Source: a virus
Lineage: Duplodnaviria; Caudoviricetes
DNA: 64,000 nucleotides
Strand: one strand, 5' to 3'
Virus record (IMG/VR): IMGVR_UViG_2609460327_000001
Coordinates: 64,001 to 128,000 of that record
This document shows positions 17,272 through 28,428 of the stretch, in pieces. The notes below the pieces were generated by a model. The model was not told the DNA's origin. It did no database searches and saw nothing but the letters and a program-made list of their open reading frames with translations. Positions within the stretch are counted from its first letter, which is position 1. Every line of letters begins with the position of its first letter. Both the position numbers and the translations under genes were made by a program.

Positions 17272-18498
17272 ATGGCATTATTCTCTGGCAATACAGGTCC
17301 TCTTAGAGACACACCAGATCAGTACAATCGTACAAATACCAAGCTTCAAGCAGGTACTCATGATAGTCCCGGTGAGAAGTTTGCGATTGACCCTCGTCTG
17401 AAACGTCTTTTCCGCTATCATTTCGGTGGCGATGGCTGGGTTGTAATTCCAAAAGGTCGTGCAGTTGCGCCAGCAGCTGATAACTTTGGCGAAAGACAAG
17501 ATGGCGTAATTAAAGACTTCGACAGTGGCACATTACTTCCAGTTCTTACATTGGCAAACGGCGGTAAAGATGTAACGGACGTTCATAAAACAGACGGTTC
17601 CACTTACACTCGTGCAGCTAATAAAGCGATTGGCGTAGCTTACGGTAACTTGTATGAAGAGTTTGTAGATGGTTTCAACGGCATGCAGCCGACAATTGAA
17701 AATACGATCTACATTGAGCTTCCATACATTCCAGTAAAAGCAGATGCTGAGGAAATTCATTGGGGTTCTTTCTACGATGTGAATCCAGCGCGTCCTGCGA
17801 AAAACGGCGACTATGTAATGTCTGATGAAAACGGACGCTTGATTGTAGCCGACTTCGATCAGATTCGTGAACAAATCAAAGCAGCGACTACCATTGATGA
17901 GTTGAAAGCCTTGATGGAAAAAGAAAGTATCATGCGTGATCAAGCAATCGGTCAGATCTGGTCTGTTGAAACTAACATGCCTCCACAAGGCTGGTTGAAA
18001 TGGGTTGGATGGAGCGAAGAAGATCAACGCTCTGATGACAGACACATCAATAACTCCGGATTCCGCCCTGAAGATATCGGCGCACAAGATGGTTTCCCTG
18101 GCTACCCTTACGAAAAAACTTATGCGAACTGGGATAAAGGACAGTACAAGCCGCAAGGTATTCCTGGTCTCACGAACGGTTCTAACATCGAAGTGCCATA
18201 CGAAGATGAAGTTATCGGCACAATTCAGCCAGGACAATCAGGACGTCATGATTTCCGTCTGGAACACCTTCCAGCTGTAGCCGGAACAATCGAAGTTAAA
18301 TTCGATGGACAAGTCATCCAACCTGATTATGTTAATGCTGATCTAGGCTTGGTTGTTGTAACGGTTGATAACACTGCTGGCACTACTCCTAAAAATGTAA
18401 CGGCAACGTACAAAGCAACAGGTCAAATCCCTGGTATCCCAACAGGTTGGGACTTCAAAGGTTCGATCGGTGCGGTTCGTATCCTGCTTCATAAATAA
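17272..18498 (+). CDS. Head decoration/minor capsid protein
   Basis: Between protease and capsid genes; strong RBS. Confidence 0.6.
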   Translation: MALFSGNTGPLRDTPDQYNRTNTKLQAGTHDSPGEKFAIDPRLKRLFRYHFGGDGWVVIPKGRAVAPAADNFGERQDGVIKDFDSGTLLPVLTLANGGKDVTDVHKTDGSTYTRAANKAIGVAYGNLYEEFVDGFNGMQPTIENTIYIELPYIPVKADAEEIHWGSFYDVNPARPAKNGDYVMSDENGRLIVADFDQIREQIKAATTIDELKALMEKESIMRDQAIGQIWSVETNMPPQGWLKWVGWSEEDQRSDDRHINNSGFRPEDIGAQDGFPGYPYEKTYANWDKGQYKPQGIPGLTNGSNIEVPYEDEVIGTIQPGQSGRHDFRLEHLPAVAGTIEVKFDGQVIQPDYVNADLGLVVVTVDNTAGTTPKNVTATYKATGQIPGIPTGWDFKGSIGAVRILLHK

Positions 18499-18529
18499 TT
18501 CGTAATCACAGAAAGGGGCCTAGCCACTT

Positions 18530-19615
18530 ATGATGAACTTAAATGAAATGCAATTGTCTCCGGAGGCTGTGAAAGTCTACGAGAGAATGCAGCGTCAGCT
18601 CAACCTTGAAGAGGATTGGACGCAAATTCCGAAAGGTGAACTTGTCGGCGTAAAAGAAGCACTAACTACTCAAGATGCTTCCATTCTTATCCCTCGCGTT
18701 ATTACTGGTATGATGCGTGAAGCGGCTGAGCCTATGTATCTCGGTTCCACTCTGATGCAGACAGTGCGTCTAACAGAAGGACGTTCTATCGAGTTCCCGT
18801 CCATTGGCGCAATGCGTGCACATGATATCGGGGAAAGCCAATCGTACCTGGAAGAAACTGTTGACTTCCAAATGCACCGCACTCAAGAAGTCAAAGTTGG
18901 TAAATCCGGTATGGTGGTCCGCGTGACGGACGAAATGATCAACGACTCCCAATGGGACGTAATCGGGATCTTGGTTCGTAAAGCGGGCGAAGCAATGGCT
19001 CGTCTTAAAGAAGAAAAAATCTTCAACCAGTTCTCTAAGCATGGTCACATCGTATATGATAACGACATTCGTCAAAAATATACGGAAGCAGGTACAACTG
19101 GCCGTGATATCGATGGCAACTTTAATAATACACTGAGCACAGAAGATATGATTGATATGTTCGTAGCGGTTATGGCCAACGGATTCAATCCTACAGATAT
19201 CATCATGCATCCACTGACTTGGAGTGTATTCTTCAAAAATGATCTGATGCAATCCCTGTCTCATGCAGCACTGGGCGGTTCTCAAATTACGAACCTTCAA
19301 ATTAACCCAGACAGCGTGCAAGGACGTATTCCATTCAGCATCAACATCAACTTTACGCCGTTTGCTCCATTCAACTACGAACAGAAGAAATTCGATATGT
19401 ATGTTGTGGACAAATCCAATATCGGTATCGTGCTCGTTAAAGACCCACTGTCTACAGAGCAATTCGATGATCCAATGCGTGATATCCAAACGATCAAAGT
19501 TAAAGAACGCTATGGTATCGGCGTATTGAACGAAGGTAAAGCAGTAGCGACAGCTCGTAACCTTGCTTTCGAACGCAGCTATCCAAATCCTCAAACAGTA
19601 CGAGTTGTCTCTTAA
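18530..19615 (+). CDS. Major capsid protein (HK97 fold)
   Basis: ILIP.VI..., K.G..V.VTDEMI.DS.WD, IIMHPL.W and KERYG.G patterns; synteny. Confidence 0.88.
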   Translation: MMNLNEMQLSPEAVKVYERMQRQLNLEEDWTQIPKGELVGVKEALTTQDASILIPRVITGMMREAAEPMYLGSTLMQTVRLTEGRSIEFPSIGAMRAHDIGESQSYLEETVDFQMHRTQEVKVGKSGMVVRVTDEMINDSQWDVIGILVRKAGEAMARLKEEKIFNQFSKHGHIVYDNDIRQKYTEAGTTGRDIDGNFNNTLSTEDMIDMFVAVMANGFNPTDIIMHPLTWSVFFKNDLMQSLSHAALGGSQITNLQINPDSVQGRIPFSININFTPFAPFNYEQKKFDMYVVDKSNIGIVLVKDPLSTEQFDDPMRDIQTIKVKERYGIGVLNEGKAVATARNLAFERSYPNPQTVRVVS

Positions 19616-19622
19616 TCTGCTT

Positions 19623-19658
19623 GTTTGGTAAGGTATAGCAAACTAAACTAAACTAAAC
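19623..19658 (+). repeat. GTTTGG..GGTATA..(AAACT)n intergenic element, copy 1
   Basis: Related elements at 36168-36200 and 60914-60946. Confidence 0.6.
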
Positions 19659-19677
19659 TTAAATGGAGGGATCAAAT

Positions 19678-20199
19678 ATGGCTGTACAAGTGACGTTCGG
19701 TTTAGCGCCGCGCAAAACTAGCTACTTTGATCCCCTCACTAACACTTATCTTACGCTGGCTAATCCTACACGGTCATTGACATATGACGAGACCAAGCCT
19801 GAGACGATGAAAAACATTGTCCACGCTGTGTTGTGTAAGATGCCAGCTTTGGTGTTATATGAGGGGGAGCTTCCGGCCTCTGTAATCGAGAACTGGAAAG
19901 CAAAGTTTACTGATGTATTTAAAACAAATACAAAAGAAGTTCGTAAGACTTTGGATGGAAAACTTGTTCATCCAGATCCTTCAATGGCTGTTGATCGCGC
20001 AGATCAGCTCTTGGCTGGCAACGCTGATCTTCCTAATGCTAAAGAAGCAGGAGAGCCTGAGATCGTTCAAGTGAACGCAATGGCAGCTGCGGCAGCAACT
20101 GCTGAAGCTCCTGAAGAAGTCAAGGAAGAGGTCAAGGAAGAAGCGCCAAAAACAACAGCTAAACGCACCGCTAGAGCTGCAGCAAAAACTCAAGAATAA
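19678..20199 (+). CDS. Hypothetical virion-associated protein
   Basis: ATG 19678 after GGAGGG; Ala/Glu/Lys-rich tail. Confidence 0.75.
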   Translation: MAVQVTFGLAPRKTSYFDPLTNTYLTLANPTRSLTYDETKPETMKNIVHAVLCKMPALVLYEGELPASVIENWKAKFTDVFKTNTKEVRKTLDGKLVHPDPSMAVDRADQLLAGNADLPNAKEAGEPEIVQVNAMAAAAATAEAPEEVKEEVKEEAPKTTAKRTARAAAKTQE

Positions 20200-20224
20200 T
20201 ATAGCGTGAAAGGCAGGGACCATC

Positions 20225-22291
20225 ATGAATGAAGAAATGAGCGTCATGCCTTTCACTATTGATGCAGGAAATCCGATGAAAGAGCGGCTATTCAGGCAAG
20301 TTTCTTTTCCGGGTAGTGAAGGTGTCTATCGTCTTCGTGTAGTTCAAGCCGAAGGCGATAGCGCATCAATAGTGACACAAAAGCGCGTTGATACCGGCCT
20401 TGAAGCAGACAGCGTAGAAGGCGCTATATTCCGTGTTAAAGCCGTTCTGGATTCACCGATCGATAGTGTTTCGGAATCCTATTGGCTAACACTTGGGTTA
20501 AATCCGCAGCCGGGTGAAGTGAAAAGGCTCAATCAGTATCGAATCCGTGGTGTTTCGGATGTCGGGTACAGAAGTGATTGGATCTATTCAGAACTCAAGG
20601 ACGATCAAAATGAGCTTTTAGTTTATGAAATGCTTTACGATCTTCTTGATATCCTAACAATGGTTCGAGAGGGAGAAGTCGAGAGTCTTGTTAGTCTCAT
20701 AGTGGACGACGCGCTTCAATCTACGCTCCGCAAGGATCGAACCAGACATGACTTCCTTATGAATCATGAGGATGAAATGACGACAGGCACATCCGAACAA
20801 TTTATTGTTCGAGCTAGCAGTATGGAAAGTGTACATGAGCAGATGGAAGCTGCGCTTCAGGAAGTATTTCAGCTGATCGGCAAGGAGCTAGGACATGAGT
20901 TCAAAGAAAGTTTCATGTCCTCACATAAAGAGTTCTCAGAGCTTATGAGACTGCACCGCGTGTCCGACCAGATCAAGAATCGGACAGATGATATCGTGAC
21001 GTTTGTTCTTGAAGTTTTCCTTGAAGATGCGATTGATAAAATCATTAAAAAGTCCAGGATTGAAGTCTTCTTAGAAAACGGCGAAAATCAAGCGATTTAT
21101 TTAGGTGATAGCACTGATTTCGATATAAAGCGTGAAGTATTGAAGTCAGCACATGATCTGATGCCTTCTGACGACTTTGTTCTAAAAGCTAATGGTACAG
21201 TACAATTAATACTAGAGCCTGCGCTGCAAGAACAGATGGACTATGTTCATTTGGAATCTACAAAAACAGAGCTCAACTACTTTAAGAATGAGATCCTTGA
21301 GGCTCTGATAGCGGAACCTGAAGAAGAGCTGCTAATGCTTATGAAGCTCTTTATTACTGATGCCTTGTTCCCTTATCTAGCGCTTGATCAGTTAGCGGCT
21401 AGTCTCTATCTGGAAGTCGAGGATGAAGCGGATCTGTCTAAGAAGAAGTCTCATGGCATAGTCAGATATGACATCTATCATGACGATGATGTAATGCAAT
21501 ACATGATTGTTAAGGATCTTGTTAAGGAACTGATAAGCGGAGACCTCCTGCCTCATATCGATGACTATTTTGTTCATCTGGTAGATAAGCTCATAGGCCG
21601 CATACAAGAAAAAGCTCACGTTCTAGTGGACTATGAAATTGTTGAGGCATTCGACAATTTTGCAGGCATCGGGGAACGTCTGCAGCAGGGCTATATGGCA
21701 ATTAAAGCGACCTACTCAGAGGATTGGGTGGTCGAAATGCTGGAAGGCTTAGAAGCTCATTATGAGCCTCAGATTTCCTTTAAAGATAATGTAGATATGA
21801 ATCTGCATGAATCCTTCAAATGGATCGAGACTGCACGCCATAAAGCTAATGAAACCACGAACATTGCTTTGGATGAAAGGCTAAATGTGACTCGTGGGCA
21901 TTCTGCCAATCTAATCGATCAAGCACAATTAAGCATAAGCTCCACTTATCAAATCATCGCAGATTATCAAAAGCGGTTAAGTGAATACTACGATGTTTTG
22001 ATTCAAGATGATATACAAATCCGGAAAGACCTCGCTGGATCAACGAATGAGGCAATTAGCTTTGATTCTAACGACAGCGTCTATCCGGTCTATATGCCAA
22101 ATATAAGCGACCAACGAAAACGTCTTGCTTCTGATAATGTAATGCCGTTCATTCATCCACAGCCAGCTGACTTCTTTAAGATTAGCGGCAAGGAGAAAGT
22201 GCAGTACGCACTAGGCAACGGATTTGATGAAGGATGGCCAATCGGGGAATTTATACTTGGCGTCAATACCCTAAAAGGAGTGGACTCATAA
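20225..22291 (+). CDS. Acidic hypothetical protein (688 aa)
   Basis: Long ORF in the structural operon. Confidence 0.75.
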   Translation: MNEEMSVMPFTIDAGNPMKERLFRQVSFPGSEGVYRLRVVQAEGDSASIVTQKRVDTGLEADSVEGAIFRVKAVLDSPIDSVSESYWLTLGLNPQPGEVKRLNQYRIRGVSDVGYRSDWIYSELKDDQNELLVYEMLYDLLDILTMVREGEVESLVSLIVDDALQSTLRKDRTRHDFLMNHEDEMTTGTSEQFIVRASSMESVHEQMEAALQEVFQLIGKELGHEFKESFMSSHKEFSELMRLHRVSDQIKNRTDDIVTFVLEVFLEDAIDKIIKKSRIEVFLENGENQAIYLGDSTDFDIKREVLKSAHDLMPSDDFVLKANGTVQLILEPALQEQMDYVHLESTKTELNYFKNEILEALIAEPEEELLMLMKLFITDALFPYLALDQLAASLYLEVEDEADLSKKKSHGIVRYDIYHDDDVMQYMIVKDLVKELISGDLLPHIDDYFVHLVDKLIGRIQEKAHVLVDYEIVEAFDNFAGIGERLQQGYMAIKATYSEDWVVEMLEGLEAHYEPQISFKDNVDMNLHESFKWIETARHKANETTNIALDERLNVTRGHSANLIDQAQLSISSTYQIIADYQKRLSEYYDVLIQDDIQIRKDLAGSTNEAISFDSNDSVYPVYMPNISDQRKRLASDNVMPFIHPQPADFFKISGKEKVQYALGNGFDEGWPIGEFILGVNTLKGVDS

Positions 22292-24351
22292 TGAATTTAA
22301 AAGCAATCAATGCATTGCTGAGCAAGCTTCCAGATGGACCTAAGAAAGAATCTTTCATGAAAAGATTTCAGTCCGCAACTTCTCCAAAAGCCAATGGAGG
22401 ATTGAATGACACTTTCGAATTTGAAACGAAGGGTCATATCATGATCGAAAGAATCGACGAGGCTGGCAACAGCTTAGGCGTGCTTGCGGATCAACCAAAC
22501 TTGGTTGTCGATGGTGCCGAAGAAATTATGCTCCGTGCGTTCTCTGGCGATCCGGATCGTACTCTTTACAAAAACCGCACACCAAAAGCAACGAATGGTG
22601 TCACACAGAAATTCCATATTGGCTTGACTGATAACATTTCCAGTGCAGTGGATGGGGTAGATCAACTCAATTTTGCTCCGAATGTTTTCTGGAAAGCAGT
22701 AGACGACAGTCAGTTTAATATCACTTACAGTTACCGTCCAAAAACGGTATATCTGAAAGAAGAAGTATCTGAGCAGGTAGGCAAGAAAGCATTCAGCATT
22801 TCTACAAAATCTTCTTCTGGTGCGATTCCTATTACATCTGAGATTTATAGTGCTCAAACCAATATGTTCATTGGATTGGGTGACGGGAAAGATCGTGCAA
22901 TTGATTTCGAAGATGCGCGTATCGAAATTACTGGCGGATTTGAGGTGGCTGAAGGCAAGGCAGTAGCGACTACAGAGAATGCTTCATTGAAGCTCACTGA
23001 GAAGCTAGGACGCCTTGTTGTGAAATACGAAAAATCCAATACGGGTGGACAAATCGGGGTTTATGTTGATGGCACTTTGAAAGAGACCATTGAGACTTAC
23101 GATTCTTCCCTTGCAGAACCGGTTTCTGCTGAAAAAGTATTTGCAGATCTTGACCGCGAAACTTCTCATGAAGTTGAACTTCGCTTTACAGGAAAAGATC
23201 CTTCGATTACTGAGGGAGCAAATGTAGTGATTACTGGACTTCGTTCAGATGGTCTTACTGAAGCAATGAACGGCTTGGCGCATGAGTTTGAGAACTTCAC
23301 AAAATCGTTCCAAACCATTACGTCATACAGCACTTCAACAAACCCTCCTTATGTAGCGCAGCTGGAGCATTTCCCTGTTGTTCCTGAGAGTCTTGAGGTT
23401 TCTTATGAAGATGAAACTTTCGAGCGAGTTGAAGATCGAGCTGATCTTGCAGATGGCAAGTACTTCCTTGATGAGAAAAAAGGAACGCTTGAATTTAATA
23501 AAACGCTGAGCGGATTGCACGTCACTTATGATATCACCGGCGAAAGATACGATTTGAAAGCAGCCGCAGCGTTGACGAATCAAACCGTAACTTCCAATGT
23601 AACCGGTGAAGCTGTAGGTACAGGCGACGGCACGGTGTCGGTGTTTAACCTTGCTAATACGAATGTAGTAAGCTCATCGCTTGTTCTTAAAGTTAACGGC
23701 GAGGTCGTTACAACTGGATTCGGTCACAGCAAAGGCGTGATTACCTTCTCAAACGCTCCTGCAGTAGACACAGTCATTACAGCTGACTACCGCTATACTA
23801 CTGTTGGTAAGGTGTACAATGCACCAGTTGTCTTGAAAGAAGCAACTGTATTTGATGCTAATACAGGCAAAGAGCTAGCACTGGTAGCAACAGACGATGA
23901 ATTTAACACTGGAAAGTTCAAACTTTCGGAAGATAAGAAATCGATCGTCATTAGCACTTTGGATGCAGAAGGCACCGCTATCGTGAACTACGATATTTAC
24001 TATACTTCTGAGGAGATTCCAGGATTCGAGACAGGTTATGCACGAGCTGTCATCGAGAAGCCAAAAGCGGGAACAGCTTATCCTTGGTATCAGCTTGATA
24101 AAGGAACAGTAAGCTTCATCGCTGAGTTCCCTGAGCAAGTACCGGCATACAACGTGACGATTCGTGAAATGGGATTGTTTAACGGGCCACGTAAGGATGA
24201 TGCAATTGAGGGATTTACTGGATTCCCAGTCGATGCTTACTCCTTAGTACGTGTTGGCGATACCGTGAAAGATGTTACCACAGGAATCCGTGTCACTTGG
24301 ACAATTAAGCTACTGAATAAAAACGGGGACGCTTTTAAAGGCGGATTCTAA
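22291..24351 (+). CDS. Virion structural protein with inserted beta-sandwich modules (fibre/collar-like)
   Basis: ATG 22291 after AAGGAG. Terminal motifs KGHI...NLVV and EMGLF...TGIRVTWTI are shared with the next gene. Confidence 0.65.
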   Translation: MNLKAINALLSKLPDGPKKESFMKRFQSATSPKANGGLNDTFEFETKGHIMIERIDEAGNSLGVLADQPNLVVDGAEEIMLRAFSGDPDRTLYKNRTPKATNGVTQKFHIGLTDNISSAVDGVDQLNFAPNVFWKAVDDSQFNITYSYRPKTVYLKEEVSEQVGKKAFSISTKSSSGAIPITSEIYSAQTNMFIGLGDGKDRAIDFEDARIEITGGFEVAEGKAVATTENASLKLTEKLGRLVVKYEKSNTGGQIGVYVDGTLKETIETYDSSLAEPVSAEKVFADLDRETSHEVELRFTGKDPSITEGANVVITGLRSDGLTEAMNGLAHEFENFTKSFQTITSYSTSTNPPYVAQLEHFPVVPESLEVSYEDETFERVEDRADLADGKYFLDEKKGTLEFNKTLSGLHVTYDITGERYDLKAAAALTNQTVTSNVTGEAVGTGDGTVSVFNLANTNVVSSSLVLKVNGEVVTTGFGHSKGVITFSNAPAVDTVITADYRYTTVGKVYNAPVVLKEATVFDANTGKELALVATDDEFNTGKFKLSEDKKSIVISTLDAEGTAIVNYDIYYTSEEIPGFETGYARAVIEKPKAGTAYPWYQLDKGTVSFIAEFPEQVPAYNVTIREMGLFNGPRKDDAIEGFTGFPVDAYSLVRVGDTVKDVTTGIRVTWTIKLLNKNGDAFKGGF

Positions 24352-24371
24352 GAATAGGGGGATAACAGACA

Positions 24372-26117
24372 ATGTTTAGAGATGAAACTAACCTAAACGC
24401 TAAGGGCCGCGTTAAACTTGAAATGTATAACGATCATGAGGGTGTTTTCTTCACAAAAGAGAAGAAAAACATTGCCGTTCATAGTCTGAATAATATCATT
24501 GCACAAATGATGGCTGATCCGGCTGGCAAGACTCGTGCGAAGCAAACAGACAAGGGTGAAACGGCGCTTGCACCAAATGCAAAAGGCGTTTACGAATTTG
24601 ATCTCTCAATTGCCTGTGAATCCGAAGGAACCTACACGACTGATGTAGGTTCCGCTAATACAAGCACAGATCTTGTTATTCCGGATATCACACGGCTCTT
24701 GAGCGTCATTTCTGTAGAGGCTGATGGCCAAGCCCTTGTGTTAAATAAAGACGTATCCATTAAAGACCCAGACTCTGCAACATTAAAATTTACGGCTGCA
24801 CCAAAAAATACAGTTACAGTGAAGTTCCGGAAAGTAGCGTCCGAGTATGCTGAGGTCGTAGCGGGTTCAGAGGCGATTACTGTGGGCGGAGAAGCATATG
24901 TGCTTGCAGATGTTCCATCGGAAGAGAACAAACAGTACGCTATTGATTACAAGCTTGGTAAGGTTTACTTTGCTGCAGCTAAGACGAACGTCAAAGCAGA
25001 TTATCAATTCAAGCTGTTCTACTCCTTGGGCTTTATGGGGCTCGGCGGAAAGCCAGAAGGGCATCCAGAAAATAAACCGGTTGAGTTCGCTGAATCTGAT
25101 AAGCTTCGCATCAAAATGGATGGGGAATACGATGGAGCTCGTCAATTGATTCAGTATCCTTCGCTAATAAGTATGGGCGATCCGGAAGTGGAAGTCTTCC
25201 CGACTAAGCCGATTACTTTCTCAGAGAAAGTCATTACGGTGACGGGTGATGGAGCAGCAACATCGTTCCCGCTGAATCCAGAAAATAAAGTGCTTAAAAT
25301 TCTAAGCGCTAAACTGGAAACTGATGCAACAGACGTAACGGTTACATTGGAAGGATCGAATGTCGTGTTTGCTGAAGCGCCAGCGGAGGGAGTGAAGGTA
25401 GTCGTTCGTTTCCAAGATCAGCTGGACAATAGTCATCTGACTTTTGAAATGGCAGATGCACCAATCATGGAGCTTGTATCCGTTAAGCATCAAGCGTTGG
25501 ATAACACCGTTAAAGAGTACAAGATTGTAGACAAAGGCCTTAGCATCGGCAAAGGTGATGTGTGGATCGTTAACTCTGGCAAAGGCATTATTCAATTCAG
25601 CCTCGCACCGCAAGGAGTAGATGCTCTTGATCCTGCGAAGAAACCTCCAGTCGTAGAAACTCCAGGGCTGTTGACATTCGAATATCGAGTGAACAGTGGT
25701 ACGACCGTTCAATTTGTAGCCGACTTCCCTAAAGGAGTTCCAGGTCCAATGAACGTGGAGAAAACAGAAACACTGAACGTATCTTCTGCTGTAACGACTT
25801 ACACTCTCAATAAGGCTGCTACTAAAGATGCTGAGGGCAAATTCATCCTTGCTGTAACGTTGAACGGCGTAGCTCAGGTTGAAGGCACTGGTTATGATGT
25901 GTCCGCTGACGGGAAGCAAATCACATTCAAAGTCTCTCTTCAAGATACAGATAGCGTGAATGTGGTGTATCAGTACAGCGAAACTACACACGTAATCTAT
26001 CAAGTAGGTATGTTTGCAGAGCAGGAAGAAGGAAAGATGTCTAACATCTCCGGTATTGGTCCTGTTACTAAAGACGCAAGCACAGGCATGAGAGTAACCT
26101 GGTCAATGACAATCTAA
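24372..26117 (+). CDS. Virion structural protein, paralog of the preceding gene
   Basis: KGRV...NIAV and QVGMF...TGMRVTWSMTI. Confidence 0.65.
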   Translation: MFRDETNLNAKGRVKLEMYNDHEGVFFTKEKKNIAVHSLNNIIAQMMADPAGKTRAKQTDKGETALAPNAKGVYEFDLSIACESEGTYTTDVGSANTSTDLVIPDITRLLSVISVEADGQALVLNKDVSIKDPDSATLKFTAAPKNTVTVKFRKVASEYAEVVAGSEAITVGGEAYVLADVPSEENKQYAIDYKLGKVYFAAAKTNVKADYQFKLFYSLGFMGLGGKPEGHPENKPVEFAESDKLRIKMDGEYDGARQLIQYPSLISMGDPEVEVFPTKPITFSEKVITVTGDGAATSFPLNPENKVLKILSAKLETDATDVTVTLEGSNVVFAEAPAEGVKVVVRFQDQLDNSHLTFEMADAPIMELVSVKHQALDNTVKEYKIVDKGLSIGKGDVWIVNSGKGIIQFSLAPQGVDALDPAKKPPVVETPGLLTFEYRVNSGTTVQFVADFPKGVPGPMNVEKTETLNVSSAVTTYTLNKAATKDAEGKFILAVTLNGVAQVEGTGYDVSADGKQITFKVSLQDTDSVNVVYQYSETTHVIYQVGMFAEQEEGKMSNISGIGPVTKDASTGMRVTWSMTI

Positions 26118-26134
26118 GATAGGACGGTGACAGC

Positions 26135-26647
26135 ATGGCTACACCTAACTACATGAAGCGGATCGCCTTTCTGGATGGACAAGTACTGCACGACTTTCAC
26201 TTGAATACGATGCAGAAAAACATTTCGGAAGCGATTAAGCTGAAAACCATGTACGAGCGATATGACATGCTGTTGCTGTGCTCTCCATATAAGCTCTACT
26301 TTGCAGAGCCGTTTGTGGATGAGGTGTACAAAGATCCATCGAGTACTGCAATTCTGGATACTCTAACGAACTCCATTAAAGCAGACTCATGGATCTCTGT
26401 GCTCCATGAGCTACCAGCAACAACAGATGAGTTATATTTGCTTGCGAATCAAGAGGTGGACGTAGCGAATGGTGCATCTGTCGATTACTACTATCGTGTG
26501 AATACAAGTTCACCGTGGCAGAAGATGACAACAGATGTTGCTGTTTACCTAAGTACACCCACGAAGTTTGTACAAATTCGAATTGACTGCAAATACACCG
26601 GAACAGTAAGACCAGCTGTATATGATTACTGTCTAATGTGGAAGTAA
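26135..26647 (+). CDS. Hypothetical structural protein
   Basis: In operon; F.DGQVL....LN.MQ N-terminus typical of virion proteins. Confidence 0.65.
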   Translation: MATPNYMKRIAFLDGQVLHDFHLNTMQKNISEAIKLKTMYERYDMLLLCSPYKLYFAEPFVDEVYKDPSSTAILDTLTNSIKADSWISVLHELPATTDELYLLANQEVDVANGASVDYYYRVNTSSPWQKMTTDVAVYLSTPTKFVQIRIDCKYTGTVRPAVYDYCLMWK

Positions 26648-26660
26648 AGGAGGAAAGAAC

Positions 26661-26972
26661 ATGGCTCATGTAACCAAGCACCCTACTCACCCTAAGTATC
26701 GCATGAAAGTCGGAACAATGCCGGATTTCAGCGGCGAAAACGACGTAGATGGCGAGCAGCCCTTTGGCGTAGTAGATGGAGTTAATAAGATATTCGTTTT
26801 AGCGAATAACCCTATTAAGAACTCTTACAAGGTCTTTCGGGATGGGATGAGGCTTAGACGCGGAGCGGATTACGACTATGTTGTTAACGGCAAGGAGATT
26901 ACTTTCACTGAGCCGCCGCCTAAAAACTCCACAATCCTTGTAGATTATAAATTGCAGGTGGCGACATCATGA
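26661..26972 (+). CDS. Small beta-sandwich module protein
   Basis: GVVDGVNKIF.L...VF.DG...DY...G..ITF.EPP module, also present in 60963..61547. Confidence 0.7.
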   Translation: MAHVTKHPTHPKYRMKVGTMPDFSGENDVDGEQPFGVVDGVNKIFVLANNPIKNSYKVFRDGMRLRRGADYDYVVNGKEITFTEPPPKNSTILVDYKLQVATS

Positions 26973-28114
26973 GTCTGGTCCTTCGAACGTTTCCGGTGCA
27001 TCTAAGTCAGAAGGTTGATCTCGATAGCGATATTGAGGTCACTTTTCTATTCGATATCTTTAAGGAATCCATTAATACAAATAACGTCATGCTCTTGAAC
27101 CTGAAGACACAGAAGGGCGAAGAGATCAGCGTTGTATATAAAGACAAACTGCTTAAAATCCTGCCAGCCAGAAGACTCGAACCACTAACACATTATCAAG
27201 TGGAGCTGGTTGGCGGGGTAGAAGGCGGTATTCGGGATATTACCGAGCGTCCGCTTCTACAAAGTTACAAGTTTGAATTTGTAACCGGCAATGAGACTCG
27301 AATGGCACGTCCTCTAATCACATCGCCTACAGATCTATCCGAAATCACAGGTGATGCTAAATTCACCTGGCTGCCGGTAGACAGAGCAGACCACTACGAG
27401 CTGGAGATATCCAAGAGCAATACATTCGATGTATTGGTTTGGCCACACCAGAATACGGGCTTGATCTTTGATACACAGGTAGTGCCTGATATTGATTATC
27501 AAAAAGGGATTACCTACTATGCCCGAATTAGAGCGGTCAATATTCAAGGGGTGAAAAGCGCTTATTCGAATCCGATTCGCTATCACTATGATGGGATTGA
27601 TGAGACCGAGCCACCTCCTGAAAAAGAGACGATTAACATTGACCATGTTAAAACGCTGCAGGCCGAGGGTGGAGAAGTGCTGTTCCGCATGGATAAGCCA
27701 TACACACCAGGCATCGGGCAGCTAAGTGTCTACCTGAATGGCATGAAATTGCAGCCTTGCTCAGGACCAACAGTGACGGATGGAGACTACCGTGAAGTAG
27801 ATCAATATTTCATGATGTTTGTAGAGCCGTTGCAAGCTGAGGATGCAATAGAGTTCAGAATTGCCAACGCTGTAAAACAGGATGTACTCGTGGGCAGGGA
27901 AACCACGCCAGCATCTGAGATCGATACCCTAAGAGATTACTTCGCAGCTCAGCTTGAAGAGTTAGCGCCAGTATTGGCCGTAAGCTCAGTTAAGCCAAAG
28001 AACGGCTCCTTGATGGTCACAGACTTATCTAGTATCATCATTGAGTTTAGCCAAGAGGTTGATCCGAAGAGTATTGATGAAGAAACGGTCTATGTCGTTT
28101 CTGAAAAAAACTAA
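26969..28114 (+). CDS. Ig-like/FN3-domain structural protein
   Basis: Ig-like N- and C-terminal segments; FN3 pattern W.PV..A.HY.LE...YYARIRAVN. Confidence 0.7.
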   Translation: MSLVLRTFPVHLSQKVDLDSDIEVTFLFDIFKESINTNNVMLLNLKTQKGEEISVVYKDKLLKILPARRLEPLTHYQVELVGGVEGGIRDITERPLLQSYKFEFVTGNETRMARPLITSPTDLSEITGDAKFTWLPVDRADHYELEISKSNTFDVLVWPHQNTGLIFDTQVVPDIDYQKGITYYARIRAVNIQGVKSAYSNPIRYHYDGIDETEPPPEKETINIDHVKTLQAEGGEVLFRMDKPYTPGIGQLSVYLNGMKLQPCSGPTVTDGDYREVDQYFMMFVEPLQAEDAIEFRIANAVKQDVLVGRETTPASEIDTLRDYFAAQLEELAPVLAVSSVKPKNGSLMVTDLSSIIIEFSQEVDPKSIDEETVYVVSEKN

Positions 28115-28120
28115 GAGAGG

Positions 28121-28414
28121 TTGAGTGAGATGGCTGAGATCAGAAAGAAGGGCGGAAATGCAATGCCGGTTCGGGTGACGAACCAAATGACATCAGTTAG
28201 AAATGAATCACCTATTCCGGATTCCGTGGACAGCCAGACCTTTCTCACAAAGAATGCTTTTGTCTCAGGGACACTATTCGTCAGTCTAAACGGCATGAGA
28301 ATGCATGAGGGCGAAGACAACGATTATATAGAGCTGAGTAGTCAGAAGTTCAGGTTTAACTTTCCATTGGAATCAGAGGATGCTGTGATTTGTGACTATA
28401 TATTAATCCTTTAA
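28121..28414 (+). CDS. Small beta-sandwich module protein
   Basis: V.LNG.R..EG..NDY module. Confidence 0.65.
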   Translation: MSEMAEIRKKGGNAMPVRVTNQMTSVRNESPIPDSVDSQTFLTKNAFVSGTLFVSLNGMRMHEGEDNDYIELSSQKFRFNFPLESEDAVICDYILIL

Positions 28415-28428
28415 GGAGTGAAACACAC

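Noticed and set aside
19640-19660. (AAACT)n as a CRISPR array or iterons
   Set aside because: The units are 5 bp with no spacers. No CRISPR array was seen anywhere in the window.
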